From Promethearchaeota archaeon (lineage in GTDB: Archaea; Asgardarchaeota; Lokiarchaeia; Sigyniarchaeales; SOKP01): 64,000 nucleotides of DNA. Below the pieces are notes generated by a model. The model was not told the DNA's origin, did no database searches, and worked only from the letters and a program-made list of their open reading frames with translations. Shown piece after piece: positions 19,011-29,193 of the stretch. The stretch lies in contig JBHLOC010000001.1 of NCBI GenBank assembly GCA_048940925.1, positions 192,001 to 256,000 of the forward strand, given 5' to 3'. Numbering within the stretch: position 1 is the first letter of the stretch; the number at the start of each line of letters is the position of its first letter. The translations under genes were made by a program, and so were the position numbers.

Positions 19011-20089
19011 ATCCTATCAAGCTTATATCGTAATATTCCTACTATTGATCCCAGATTTACTAATTGTTCTCCAGGGATATTTTCTGTACTCATGATGTTT
19101 ACTGAACCTCCAGAATTTTCCACATTGGTTATAATTTCTTCGATTTTCAGCTTTTGTTCCTTATCTGTACCTCGAATCAATATATCTGCTATTAAAAGAT
19201 GTTTAATTGCGCCTCGTTCTGATGCTTTTGAAACTTCGTTAAAACCAATAACCACTAAATCAGCGTCTTCCCCAAACTGAGAAAGAACCTTTTCAACTAG
19301 GTGTGCTTCTTGTAAAATTTTTGCTCTTTTTTTAATGGTAGCTAATTCTTTTGATTTTAAAGTCTCTATTATAGCACTTTCTGTTCCCGAACTTGCATGA
19401 AAAATTTTTATTTTGTTCTTATAAGTTGTAGTGGCTGAATTTTTTATATAATTAATAAAATGGTTTTTTGTATTTCCAGGTCCACATATTATTATCAAAT
19501 TTATATCATAAGTCTCTAATTTTTCTTTTAAAATTCTCTCTATATCTCTAAAAAACTCGATTAATGCCTTATTTCTATAGGTTTGTTTGTATCTTTTACC
19601 AGGAATATTCTTTTTTATAGTTGCAACCCTTTCATGTCGAAAGTTAGTTATAAGAGCTAATGTTGCTAACCCAGTTTCAATGGCAATAATAAAAATAATA
19701 AAATTGCTTTCAAATTTTGAGCTTTCTTTCAATCGTCTTATCTCATGATTTAACCACTTTTCTTTTATTATAGAAATTATATGGTTTGTTTCTATATTAA
19801 ATGTGTGATAAGTGCCGTAACTAACAAAATCTTCAGGACCTTCTAATATTCTTCCTTTTATTCTTAACCGATTTGAGAACTCATGAAAAGAAGTACTTTC
19901 AACTTTTAATTTTAATCTCATTATTTTACGATCTCCCTTAGTACCTTCTTTAAGAACAACTCTTCTTTGAGTTATAGATGAGACTTCGTCATCTTTACTA
20001 ATTACATTATATAGCGTCCACAAGTCGTTAAGACTTTCAGTTTGAACTGTAATTTCACTCCGTTTTTGATTGATACTTAAAATTTTCAA
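19007..20089 (-). CDS. pelA: mRNA surveillance protein pelota
   Basis: DLWTLYNVI, RLRIKGRI, YHTFNI, IPGKRY, GPGNTK, LGSIVGILRY. Confidence 0.95.
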   Translation of the reverse strand: MKILSINQKRSEITVQTESLNDLWTLYNVISKDDEVSSITQRRVVLKEGTKGDRKIMRLKLKVESTSFHEFSNRLRIKGRILEGPEDFVSYGTYHTFNIETNHIISIIKEKWLNHEIRRLKESSKFESNFIIFIIAIETGLATLALITNFRHERVATIKKNIPGKRYKQTYRNKALIEFFRDIERILKEKLETYDINLIIICGPGNTKNHFINYIKNSATTTYKNKIKIFHASSGTESAIIETLKSKELATIKKRAKILQEAHLVEKVLSQFGEDADLVVIGFNEVSKASERGAIKHLLIADILIRGTDKEQKLKIEEIITNVENSGGSVNIMSTENIPGEQLVNLGSIVGILRYKLDRI

Positions 20090-20230
20090 AACTTGAATCT
20101 AACTCTTAAGGAGATACTTTTACTTAAAATTAATATACAGTATAAGATAAGCTTAATTTTATATTAAATCCATAAAAAATAAATTAAAATAAATAAAAAA
20201 AGAGAAACATAATCATTAAAAACAAAATTT

Positions 20231-20386
20231 TTAGTCTTTTGCCCCTAAAGCTTCTTTAACTTTCTCTAATTCTTCCATGCGTTTCTTCTTCTCTTCCTCT
20301 CTCTTTCTTAGCTCTTCTTCATCAACTTTCTGAAGTGAAACACCTTTTTTAATTTCATCTTGAAGTTCTTTATCTATTGGAGTCAT
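20231..20386 (-). CDS. Unannotated 51-aa WH2-motif protein (MTPIDKELQDEIKKGVSLQKVDEEELRKREEEKKKRMEELEKVKEALGAKD)
   Basis: Manually translated; ATG 20386, TAA 20231, GGTG SD-like site 10 nt upstream; LQDEIKKGVSLQKV fits the WH2 consensus LLxxIRxGxxLKKV. Confidence 0.7.
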   Translation of the reverse strand: MTPIDKELQDEIKKGVSLQKVDEEELRKREEEKKKRMEELEKVKEALGAKD

Positions 20387-20460
20387 TTTAATTTAACACC
20401 ATTTCTTTTATATTAATGTAAAAAAATTAATTTTAATACTTACAGTTATTATAATAGAAT

Positions 20461-20937
20461 TTATTTATAAGTTTTAGTTTGTAGAGAGACCATATTCAAT
20501 TCCATTAAAAATGCAGATTCTCCCGATTGATAATAATTTTCTAATATTTCTGGATTTTTTTTGAATTTAAATTTTTCATACAATTTAATCGCAATGTTAT
20601 TATTAACTTGAACGTTTAAAATTACTTTTGTTATTTCATTTAATTTTCTTATATATTCTATTGCTTTTTGTAGAAGCAATGTCCCGTATCCTCTTTTTTG
20701 AAAATCTGGATTAATGAGAAAGTTAACTATATTCGCTTTGTCTTTATTTTCTTTTATAACAACAATAAAACCGACTATTTTCTTTCTAAATTTACCGATC
20801 ACTAATTTTAGAAACAAAAAATTATTAGATATCAAATTGCTCAATAAATCCTTAGAAAAGGCATTTACTCCAAACACACTTTGTTCAAGCTGATATATCT
20901 TCTTTAAATCCCGAAATTTCACCTTTCTAATTTTCAT
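20461..20937 (-). CDS. RimI/Ard1-like GNAT N-acetyltransferase
   Basis: FQKRGYGTLLL, LNVQVNNNIAIKLYEKF, NYYQSGESAFLM. Confidence 0.9.
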   Translation of the reverse strand: MKIRKVKFRDLKKIYQLEQSVFGVNAFSKDLLSNLISNNFLFLKLVIGKFRKKIVGFIVVIKENKDKANIVNFLINPDFQKRGYGTLLLQKAIEYIRKLNEITKVILNVQVNNNIAIKLYEKFKFKKNPEILENYYQSGESAFLMELNMVSLQTKTYK

Positions 20938-22079
20938 TAAATCCCAAATTCTTTTTTAAAAAGTTTTATTGGAGTTTTTTCTGTTATTTGTTGATAAATT
21001 GGATTTCGAAAAGGAGTCATTTCTATAATAAAACCCTTTAATTGAAACTTATCAATTAAGGATGTTATTTTCCTATTGATTGAAACATATAAGGGAATTT
21101 TTATAATATCACCTGTAAAGTTTATTAAATCCTTTTTAATTTTAAATTCTGATAACAAAATGTTATAAAATTCGTTTAATTTTTCATTTTCACCCTCAAT
21201 TTGAGCAAATAATAACAATCCTTCATTACTAATCACTTCAAGGGGCAATTTAATGTTTTTAGCTCTTTTGATATATCTATTTTTTAATTGATAATAGTCT
21301 TTTGCTCTGATTGAGCAGTAATGTATTTTTAAAGAGACTTTTGAACTTAACTTATTCAGAATATTAAGAGCAGTTTCATTGCTATTAACTACAGATGCTA
21401 TTGTTCCTTCTTTTAAAGTAAAACCTCGAGCTTTTAATGACCAACTGTTAGGAAAACAATATTCAAATTCATTTAAATTAATGAAGCTAACACCAATATT
21501 ATCTAAATAAAGTACAAATTCTTCGAGATTTTTTATGTTATCTTCACTTGGAATAACAGGAACTTCTGCACCAACAGATATACCTCTATCTAATGCTTTT
21601 TCTATTTTTGACCATCGATCTTTAGGGGGATGGAATCTTATTTCATCTAAACCTGCAGCAACGAGAAGTTCGACAATTTTATCATTGAAATTAATCCCGT
21701 TTGTATAGAGATGAATATGAAATTTCTTGCCAAATTCAGATTTAGTAAATTTAATATAGTTAAGGGTTTTATCTATATTCGAATCTAAAAGTGGTTCACC
21801 CCCAGTAATACTCATCCCTTTAGCATCGACCTTGTAAACTTCTTCTAATAAATCCTCTTTAGAATTAATCTTTACTTCATTGATAAAAGTTATATCCATA
21901 TCTCTCCTTTCTCTCGAAATAGGACAATACCATGAACAATGATCTGGTTTTTGACAAATACCATTTAGAAATAATACTGCTTTTGCACCTTGTAAGCAAT
22001 ATTTACAACCTTTAGGTATTCCTCTTCCCTTAATGAAAAATGTCTTTTCTTTAGATTCTATAATTTTGGATTTTCTCAT
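20937..22079 (-). CDS. Radical SAM protein (COG2108-like)
   Basis: CQKPDHCSWYCP, ITGGEP, HIHLYT, LDEIRFHP, NLNEFE. Confidence 0.88.
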   Translation of the reverse strand: MRKSKIIESKEKTFFIKGRGIPKGCKYCLQGAKAVLFLNGICQKPDHCSWYCPISRERRDMDITFINEVKINSKEDLLEEVYKVDAKGMSITGGEPLLDSNIDKTLNYIKFTKSEFGKKFHIHLYTNGINFNDKIVELLVAAGLDEIRFHPPKDRWSKIEKALDRGISVGAEVPVIPSEDNIKNLEEFVLYLDNIGVSFINLNEFEYCFPNSWSLKARGFTLKEGTIASVVNSNETALNILNKLSSKVSLKIHYCSIRAKDYYQLKNRYIKRAKNIKLPLEVISNEGLLLFAQIEGENEKLNEFYNILLSEFKIKKDLINFTGDIIKIPLYVSINRKITSLIDKFQLKGFIIEMTPFRNPIYQQITEKTPIKLFKKEFGI

Positions 22080-22783
22080 ATTTTAAATAATTTTTTTCTT
22101 ACAATAGATTTCTGTTTAGCTAGTTTTTTAATCGCATCTTCAGTTGACTCATTTATTTGGATCTGCCTTTTTAAAAAAACTCCTGTTCTCCCATGCTTAT
22201 TTCTTCTAACTAATACTTTTTTACGCTCATTTATAGTATTAATACTGATTCCCACTTCTTTTGCCGCAAGGGCTTCATTTCCAATGATAGAAATTTCCTC
22301 ATGTCCTTTAATGCTTGGTTTGATTAAAACTAATCTCTTATCTATACCTGGGACTCTGATATCTAATTTAAGTTGATTAAAATTTATCTTCCCTCCAAAA
22401 TCATAAAATTCTATGTAATTTTTGTCCGGTTTAGACAACGGAATAGTTATAGACTCTAACTCGCTTAAATGAATATACAATTTTATTGTATCGAGAGGGG
22501 TTGCCATGATTATTTCTTTAAAATACTTTTCATAACCATATTTATTCAAAAGAATTTCAATTTTAAAAGATGGGATCTTTCGAAGAAAAATTACATCAAA
22601 ATCACTTGATTCATTTACATCTCCACGTGCAATACTTCCATGAATAAATGGATTGAAGCCTTCTTTAACAAAAATTTCTAATAAAGATATTGCTTCAGTT
22701 CTTTTTCTTTTTAATACAGACCAGTCATCATTCGTATATATTATATCACTGTAATGTTCTCTTAAGATTTTCTTGCTTGTCAT
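22076..22783 (-). CDS. Pol-beta-like nucleotidyltransferase (COG2413-like)
   Basis: HGSIARGDVNESSDFD, RVPGIDKRL, GRTGVF. Confidence 0.88.
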   Translation of the reverse strand: MTSKKILREHYSDIIYTNDDWSVLKRKRTEAISLLEIFVKEGFNPFIHGSIARGDVNESSDFDVIFLRKIPSFKIEILLNKYGYEKYFKEIIMATPLDTIKLYIHLSELESITIPLSKPDKNYIEFYDFGGKINFNQLKLDIRVPGIDKRLVLIKPSIKGHEEISIIGNEALAAKEVGISINTINERKKVLVRRNKHGRTGVFLKRQIQINESTEDAIKKLAKQKSIVRKKLFKI

Positions 22784-22793
22784 TAATGAATAT

Positions 22794-23630
22794 TCAATTT
22801 TTATAATTGTTTAAATTATCTTCTATTAAATCTATAATTATACCTAAAAGAAGAGTTTCATAATATTTAAAAGATCTATTGGCTTTCTCTAATATTATTA
22901 CTTTTGGTTTATCTGTTCTTCTTTTTTTAAGTTCTCGCTGAAAAATCTTTAGATTTTTGTTTTTAAAAAGAAAAATAGAATTTTTACTAAAAACAATAGA
23001 TAATTGGTGATTGGGAGTTGATCGATCAAACAAATTTTGATAATGATTGATATTAAAGATATTCACTTTTGGATTGATCAATATTATTCCTAAGTTTTTT
23101 ACATCAGCGAGAAAACGATGATAAGAAAATGAAGAATTATAGTAATTTAGCATAATAAAATTAGATTGAGTTATAAGATTCTTATTTTGAAAGTAATTGA
23201 TAATTTTGATTATAAATGAATTCATTTCCTCAGATATGATATTATTTAAAAGATTGTACTTTTTATTACGTTTAATTTTTATTTCTATATTAATTACATT
23301 GAATCCATAGCTACATAAGCCTTCATTCAAGATATTGACAAGCTTTTTTTTAAAATTAGTTCTTAAAATTAAGATAAGAGGAAGTTTGCTAGTTTCTTTC
23401 CTTCTAGAACAATTTTTAATTAAATAGCTATATTTCCTTTTAATTAACTGATTTTTGTTATTCTCAATTACTTCTGGAAAAGCATAGTATTCTAATGCTT
23501 CATTAGAGAAACTTAAACGCCATCGATGAGTTGATTTGAATATTTTTACACCTATTAGAAGTAAGAATAATAAAACAATTATAACTGTATCAATAAAAAT
23601 CCAATCTATTTGAAAAACATCACTTACCAT
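22794..23630 (-). CDS. Membrane-anchored degenerate alpha/beta-hydrolase-fold protein
   Basis: N-terminal TM; PLILIL..GLCSYGFNVINI hydrolase-like pattern; no GxSxG. Confidence 0.45.
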   Translation of the reverse strand: MVSDVFQIDWIFIDTVIIVLLFLLLIGVKIFKSTHRWRLSFSNEALEYYAFPEVIENNKNQLIKRKYSYLIKNCSRRKETSKLPLILILRTNFKKKLVNILNEGLCSYGFNVINIEIKIKRNKKYNLLNNIISEEMNSFIIKIINYFQNKNLITQSNFIMLNYYNSSFSYHRFLADVKNLGIILINPKVNIFNINHYQNLFDRSTPNHQLSIVFSKNSIFLFKNKNLKIFQRELKKRRTDKPKVIILEKANRSFKYYETLLLGIIIDLIEDNLNNYKN

Positions 23631-23654
23631 GATTATAAATAAATAATTTTTAAT

Positions 23655-23969
23655 TCAATCAACAACATCTTTAATCCAATTTAAATATTTCAACGATCCT
23701 TTTTCAATTTTTAGACCAATGCATTCAGGATTCTCATAGGAATGAATTTTGGTAATTTTTTGAATTAATAAGTCACTCTTCTCTTCTGTGGTTTTAATCA
23801 GTAATAAATGCTCATTATCCTCCTCAATTTCTCCCTTCCATCTATATATTGAATATATGTTTTTAATAATGTTTACACAAGCCACAAGTTTGCTTTCTAC
23901 TAATTTCCTTGCAATTTTCTGCCCTTCATCAATATTTGGAACAGTTACTAAGAAAAGATAATATATCAT
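23655..23969 (-). CDS. cutA: Divalent-cation tolerance protein CutA
   Basis: LVACVNI, SIYRWKGEI, HSYENPE. Confidence 0.95.
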   Translation of the reverse strand: MIYYLFLVTVPNIDEGQKIARKLVESKLVACVNIIKNIYSIYRWKGEIEEDNEHLLLIKTTEEKSDLLIQKITKIHSYENPECIGLKIEKGSLKYLNWIKDVVD

Positions 23970-24061
23970 GGTAGATTTTTATTATATTTTTAGTTCAGAT
24001 TAATACATTAGTTGATGTCAATTTATATAAAAGTTATTTCATTTTAAACTTAAAAATTCTT

Positions 24062-26728
24062 TTGTATTTTTATTCTACTTTTTTAGTTTTGGTGAGAAAA
24101 TTGGTAAAAGTCGAAAAAATTTCATTAGCTGGATATTGGGAACTAAAAAATTCTGAAAAAACAGTTAAAATAGATGCTCAAGTACCTGGAACTGTTTTTG
24201 AAGCATTACTTGAAAATAATATAATAGAAGATCCTTTTTATGGTGAGAATGAGCATGAGATGAGATGGGTTTATGAATCTAATTGGATATATGAAAAAGA
24301 ATTCAACTTAGATCCAGAATTTTTAGAATATAAGCATATCATATTACGGTTCAATGGTTTAGACACTATAGCAGAGGTGAAGTTAAATGGTGAATCTATT
24401 GGTTCTGTTAATAACATGTTTGTCAGATATGATTTTGAGGTGAAATCTAAATTAATACAATCAGTAAATAAAATACTAATCAATTTTATGAGTCCTACTG
24501 TAATAAGTCGTGAATATATAGATAAAAATAAGATAAAATTAAACACAGGTTACGCAACAATCCCAGGAATTCCTTATTTGAGGAAAGCGCAGTATTCTTT
24601 TGGTTGGGACTGGGGACCGAAATTACCAGATATCGGAATATGGAAAACAGTTGACTTAATAGCATTTGATGATATTAAAATCAATTCAGTTTTTCCCTAT
24701 GCACATCTCGAATATAATAAAGATCCATTGAATATTAGTGATCCTGCTGAATTTTCTAAGATTCAAGTAAAATCGGCAAAATTATTCATAGAAATTAATT
24801 TAGCAACAAATGTTGAATCTATTCGCGGAATTGGGTGTAAAATTAAGGCAAAATTAATCACACCAAAGGATGAAATTATTGTAAAGGAAATCCCTCTGAG
24901 TGAGAAAAAGGAAACACTCAGCTTTGAAATTAAAAATCCTTTCCTATGGTGGACACACGATCTTGGTATTCCAAATCTTTATATACTGGAAGTTTCAATC
25001 TTAAAAAATGGAGTTTTAGAAAAGATAACTCAAAAGATAGGATTACGAGATGTTCAACTTATTAGAAAATCTGATAAGTGGGGAGAAACTTTCTATTTTC
25101 TTCTAAACGGAATTCCTGTCTTTGCGAAGGGTGCAAATTGGATTCCTATAGATAGTTTTATCCCAAGAGGTAAAAAGCTAAAGCTTTATTCTATGAATTT
25201 AAATTTTGCTAAGAAAGTTAATATGAACATGATTCGTGTTTGGGGTGGGGGAATTTATGAGGATGAGTCTTTTTATGACTTGTGCGATGAATTGGGTATT
25301 TTAGTATGGCAAGATTTCCCATTTGCTTGTGCGATTTATCCATTTAATGAGGACTTTATTGAGAACGTTGAAAATGAGTTAATTCAAAATATAAAGAGGC
25401 TAAGAAGACATCCTAGTATTGCTTTATGGTGTGGTAATAATGAGATTGAATGGGGTTGGAGACGATATATAAAGAATTCAGGGCTTGCAAAAAATAAAAG
25501 AGAAAAAACTCATTTTTTAAAAAATTTTTATTTAAGAATATTTGAAGAGATTTTACCTCAATTAATTAAGAAATTTGACCCAACTCGCCCTTATTGGCCT
25601 AGTTCACCATCAAGTGGGTTCAACACTGAAAATTTTTTATTAAGGAATTCAAATAATCCCAATGCCGGAGATTCACACTACTGGGCAGTATGGCATGGAA
25701 ATATGCCATTCTCTGCATATAGAGAGTTTAACTCTCGTTTTATGTCCGAATTTGGCTTTGAATCTTTTCCTTCTTTGAAAACTATTCAAAAATTTTGTCC
25801 ATTTGATCAATATGATTTTGACTCCCCAATTATGGAGAACCATCAGAAAAACTCAGCTGGCAATCAGAAAATAATGGATTATATGGATAAGCGTTTTTCT
25901 ATCCCACAAGAATTTGAACATCAAATAATCTTGTCACAAATTACTCAAGCAGAAGCAATAGAATATGGTGTTGAACATTGGAGACAAAATCGTACTGACT
26001 ATCATTGTATGGGATCTCTTTATTGGCAACTTAATGATTGTTGGCCTGTTGTTAGTTGGTCCTCACTTGATTATTATGGGAGATGGAAAGCTCTTCAATA
26101 TTTTGCAAAAAGGTTTTATCAACCAATTTTCGCTAGTGTAAAAGAGTCTCCTCATGAAATTGAATTTTGGGTGACAAATGATTTAAGAAGGTCTTACGAT
26201 ATTCAGTTAGACTGGAAAATTCTTAATTCGGAGGGAAATACACTTATGAAAGGAATTTATGATTCTAAAATTTCTCCTTGTACTTCTTTAAAACTAGGAT
26301 TAGAGGATGTTAGTAATATTAACAAAGATCAATTTAGCATGCAAAATAATATTATCTTCTATAAATTATATTCTATGAATGGAAAGAAAATATTAATATA
26401 CAGAGGATTTCGTTTATTTGATGCACCGAAATTCTTTATTTTAAGAGATCCAGAAATATCAATGACTTTTAAATATATTAAAGAAGAAAAGAATAAGAAA
26501 CTTCAATTTAAAATAAAATTAAAAGTTAAGTGTATTGCTTTATATGTCTATATTGACTCTGATTTAGTTGATTTTATAGCCTCTGATAACTTTTTTTCTA
26601 TGGAACCTAATGAAACTAGAGATATAGATGTTGAAATCGTAAGTGGTCTTGAAACAGTTAGTAATCATTCGAAACAGGATATTATAAAATCTTTCAAGAT
26701 TCAATCTCTTTATGATATTATTAAATAA
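24062..26728 (+). CDS. Beta-mannosidase, glycoside hydrolase family 2 (start probably a few codons downstream)
   Basis: RKAQYSFGWDWGP, KGANWIP, RVWGGGIYE, WCGNNE, SEFG, YWQLNDCWP. Confidence 0.95.
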   Translation: MYFYSTFLVLVRKLVKVEKISLAGYWELKNSEKTVKIDAQVPGTVFEALLENNIIEDPFYGENEHEMRWVYESNWIYEKEFNLDPEFLEYKHIILRFNGLDTIAEVKLNGESIGSVNNMFVRYDFEVKSKLIQSVNKILINFMSPTVISREYIDKNKIKLNTGYATIPGIPYLRKAQYSFGWDWGPKLPDIGIWKTVDLIAFDDIKINSVFPYAHLEYNKDPLNISDPAEFSKIQVKSAKLFIEINLATNVESIRGIGCKIKAKLITPKDEIIVKEIPLSEKKETLSFEIKNPFLWWTHDLGIPNLYILEVSILKNGVLEKITQKIGLRDVQLIRKSDKWGETFYFLLNGIPVFAKGANWIPIDSFIPRGKKLKLYSMNLNFAKKVNMNMIRVWGGGIYEDESFYDLCDELGILVWQDFPFACAIYPFNEDFIENVENELIQNIKRLRRHPSIALWCGNNEIEWGWRRYIKNSGLAKNKREKTHFLKNFYLRIFEEILPQLIKKFDPTRPYWPSSPSSGFNTENFLLRNSNNPNAGDSHYWAVWHGNMPFSAYREFNSRFMSEFGFESFPSLKTIQKFCPFDQYDFDSPIMENHQKNSAGNQKIMDYMDKRFSIPQEFEHQIILSQITQAEAIEYGVEHWRQNRTDYHCMGSLYWQLNDCWPVVSWSSLDYYGRWKALQYFAKRFYQPIFASVKESPHEIEFWVTNDLRRSYDIQLDWKILNSEGNTLMKGIYDSKISPCTSLKLGLEDVSNINKDQFSMQNNIIFYKLYSMNGKKILIYRGFRLFDAPKFFILRDPEISMTFKYIKEEKNKKLQFKIKLKVKCIALYVYIDSDLVDFIASDNFFSMEPNETRDIDVEIVSGLETVSNHSKQDIIKSFKIQSLYDIIK

Positions 26729-26828
26729 ATTTCATTTTTTTAGTGTTCATGAAGAGATTTAAATTATCATAATCTTATTAAATATACATTAAGAATAAAG
26801 TTATAAAATTAGTGTCGAGGTTTTATAT

Positions 26829-27554
26829 TTGTTACACAATTTTTACTTGATTCATCAACACACAGGAATCTGTCTCATTCATAGGAAATATGGGACAATT
26901 GAGTTTAACCAAGACTTAGTAAGCGGTTTTCTAACTGCACTTAAAGATTTTTCAGTTGAATTCTCCAAGGGTTCAGGAGAATTAAAAGTTATAGATATGC
27001 AAGTATTTTATCTTCTGCTTGTTTTTAAGGAAGGTGTTTTATGTACAGCTGCAGCAGATAAAAATGATGATGCGAAGATCACTCATAAAGCTTTAACAGA
27101 CATAATTGACAAATTCATCGTTAAATTTGGAGATACTCTTAAGGAATGGTCTGGTGATGTTCGCATCTTTCGTGAATTCGAACAGGTGATTGATAATGTT
27201 TTAATTAATGGAAAGGTTGCTGAAATTAAGCTTACAATTCCAATTCTTAAAATATTCAAAAAAGACTTTCTTAAATCTCAGAAAAGGATTGCTAAAAAAG
27301 GTCTAGTTTTATCAGAGGAAGACTTGCGAGTAGTAAGTGAAAAGAAACCAGAATGGACATTAAAGAGATTACCAAAGCAGGTTATTACACAAGGATTTTT
27401 AGATGAAATAGAATATAAAATTGCCCATCTAGCTGATGGATTTCACACTATCCCTGAGATTGCTGAAGAGTCTGGTAAACCAGAATCACAAATTCAGAGA
27501 ATTATAAAAAATTTGGATGATTTAGATTTGATTTCTTATATTGAAATTAAATGA
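26829..27554 (+). CDS. Longin-like domain protein with C-terminal winged HTH
   Basis: GICLIHRKYG..DLVSGFLTALKDFS..W.GD...F (longin pattern); DGFHTIPEIAEE..IIKNLDDLDLI (wHTH). Confidence 0.75.
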   Translation: MLHNFYLIHQHTGICLIHRKYGTIEFNQDLVSGFLTALKDFSVEFSKGSGELKVIDMQVFYLLLVFKEGVLCTAAADKNDDAKITHKALTDIIDKFIVKFGDTLKEWSGDVRIFREFEQVIDNVLINGKVAEIKLTIPILKIFKKDFLKSQKRIAKKGLVLSEEDLRVVSEKKPEWTLKRLPKQVITQGFLDEIEYKIAHLADGFHTIPEIAEESGKPESQIQRIIKNLDDLDLISYIEIK

Positions 27555-27713
27555 TAGTGAACTTATTCTTTAGGTTATAATTAATTTCAAAATTAGTTTT
27601 AAGTTGTTAATCAATTTTCCTTGTTCAAATAATTATAGCAAATAATTTAATAGTAAAACATTATAGAATTAAATAAAAATATTTTTGAGAGTAGGTTTAC
27701 TAAATAAATTAGG

Positions 27714-29186
27714 ATGAATGTTATTAAAATTGATGAAAATATATACGAGATTCCCCCAAAAGCTTTGATGACACGGATTCACGGCAACATTGAAAAATTT
27801 CAAATGAGAGTACCAGTAAGGATTTATGCTAATGACTATATTTTAGAAAAAATTAAGTTAGATCGTACTCTTGATCAAATTTGTAATGTTGCTTGTTTAG
27901 AAGGAATAAAAAAACATGCTATTGCATTATCAGATGCACATCAAGGGTATGGTTTTTGTATTGGAGGTGTTTGTGGTACAGAGGCAGGATCTGGTATGAT
28001 ATCACCTGGAGGTGTAGGATATGATATTAATTGTGGAGTTCGCCTTTTACGTACTAGTTTAATGTTTAAAGATATTAAAAATAACCTTCCAACCTTGATT
28101 AATACGATTTTTAAGAATATCCCTTCAGGTTTAGGATCTAAAGGTAAATTAAATATAAGCTATTCAGATTTAGATAAAGTTTTAAACGCGGGAGTTAACT
28201 GGGCATTAGATAATGACTATGCAATCGAAGAAGATATTAAATTTTTAGAAGAAAATGGATGTTTGAAAGATGCAGATGCTAGTTTAGTCTCCCAAAAAGC
28301 AAAACAACGCGCTATTAAACAATTAGGTTCCTTAGGAAGTGGGAATCATTTCATTGAAATTCAAAAAGTAGATAAGATTTATAATAATAATGTTGCCAAA
28401 AAGCTAGGAATCCTTGAGAACAATCAGATAACATTAATGGTTCATACAGGGAGTAGAGCTCTAGGTCATCAAGTTTGTACTGATAGTTTACGGAATATTG
28501 AGCAAGCAATGAAAAAGTATAAGATTAAAGTTCCAGATAGAGAACTAGCTTGTGTTCCAGCAGATACACCTGAGGCTCAGAGCTATTTAAAACAAATGGC
28601 TTGTGCTGCCAATTTTGGTTTTACTAATCGTCAGTTGATAACTCATTGGATAAGAGAATCATTTCAACGAATATTTAGTAATGATATTGATGCTTTAGGA
28701 CTTCATTTAATATATGGTGTTTGCCATAATATTTTAAAAATAGAGGAACACGAAATTGATGGCCAAAAGATGAAATTAAACATTCATCGTAAGGGTGCAA
28801 CTAGAGCTTTTCCGCCAGGTCATCCAGTACTACCCCCAGATTATAAAGAGATTGGTCAACCTGCTCTGATTCCTGGAACAATGGGCTCAGCCTCTTATTT
28901 ATGTGTAGGAAAACCAAAAGCAATGGATTTATCCTTTGGATCTACTGCGCATGGATCTGGTCGTTTAATGTCTAGAACAAAAGCAACTAAAAGATATTGG
29001 GGAGCTAAAGTAAAGGAAGATTTAGGAAATAAAGGCATTTTAATTAAAAGCGCATCAATGAAAGTTTTGGCCGAAGAGAGTCCTGGAGCTTATAAAGATA
29101 TTGATCAGGTAGTTCAGGTTAGTCATGATCTTGGAATTGTTGAAAAAATAGTAAAATTAGTACCTATCGGAGTTGTGAAAGGATAG
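27714..29186 (+). CDS. rtcB: tRNA-splicing ligase RtcB
   Basis: DAHQGYGF, GVGYDINCGVRL, GSGNHF, HTGSR, HRKGATR, HGSGR. Confidence 0.97.
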   Translation: MNVIKIDENIYEIPPKALMTRIHGNIEKFQMRVPVRIYANDYILEKIKLDRTLDQICNVACLEGIKKHAIALSDAHQGYGFCIGGVCGTEAGSGMISPGGVGYDINCGVRLLRTSLMFKDIKNNLPTLINTIFKNIPSGLGSKGKLNISYSDLDKVLNAGVNWALDNDYAIEEDIKFLEENGCLKDADASLVSQKAKQRAIKQLGSLGSGNHFIEIQKVDKIYNNNVAKKLGILENNQITLMVHTGSRALGHQVCTDSLRNIEQAMKKYKIKVPDRELACVPADTPEAQSYLKQMACAANFGFTNRQLITHWIRESFQRIFSNDIDALGLHLIYGVCHNILKIEEHEIDGQKMKLNIHRKGATRAFPPGHPVLPPDYKEIGQPALIPGTMGSASYLCVGKPKAMDLSFGSTAHGSGRLMSRTKATKRYWGAKVKEDLGNKGILIKSASMKVLAEESPGAYKDIDQVVQVSHDLGIVEKIVKLVPIGVVKG

Positions 29187-29193
29187 CTAAATT

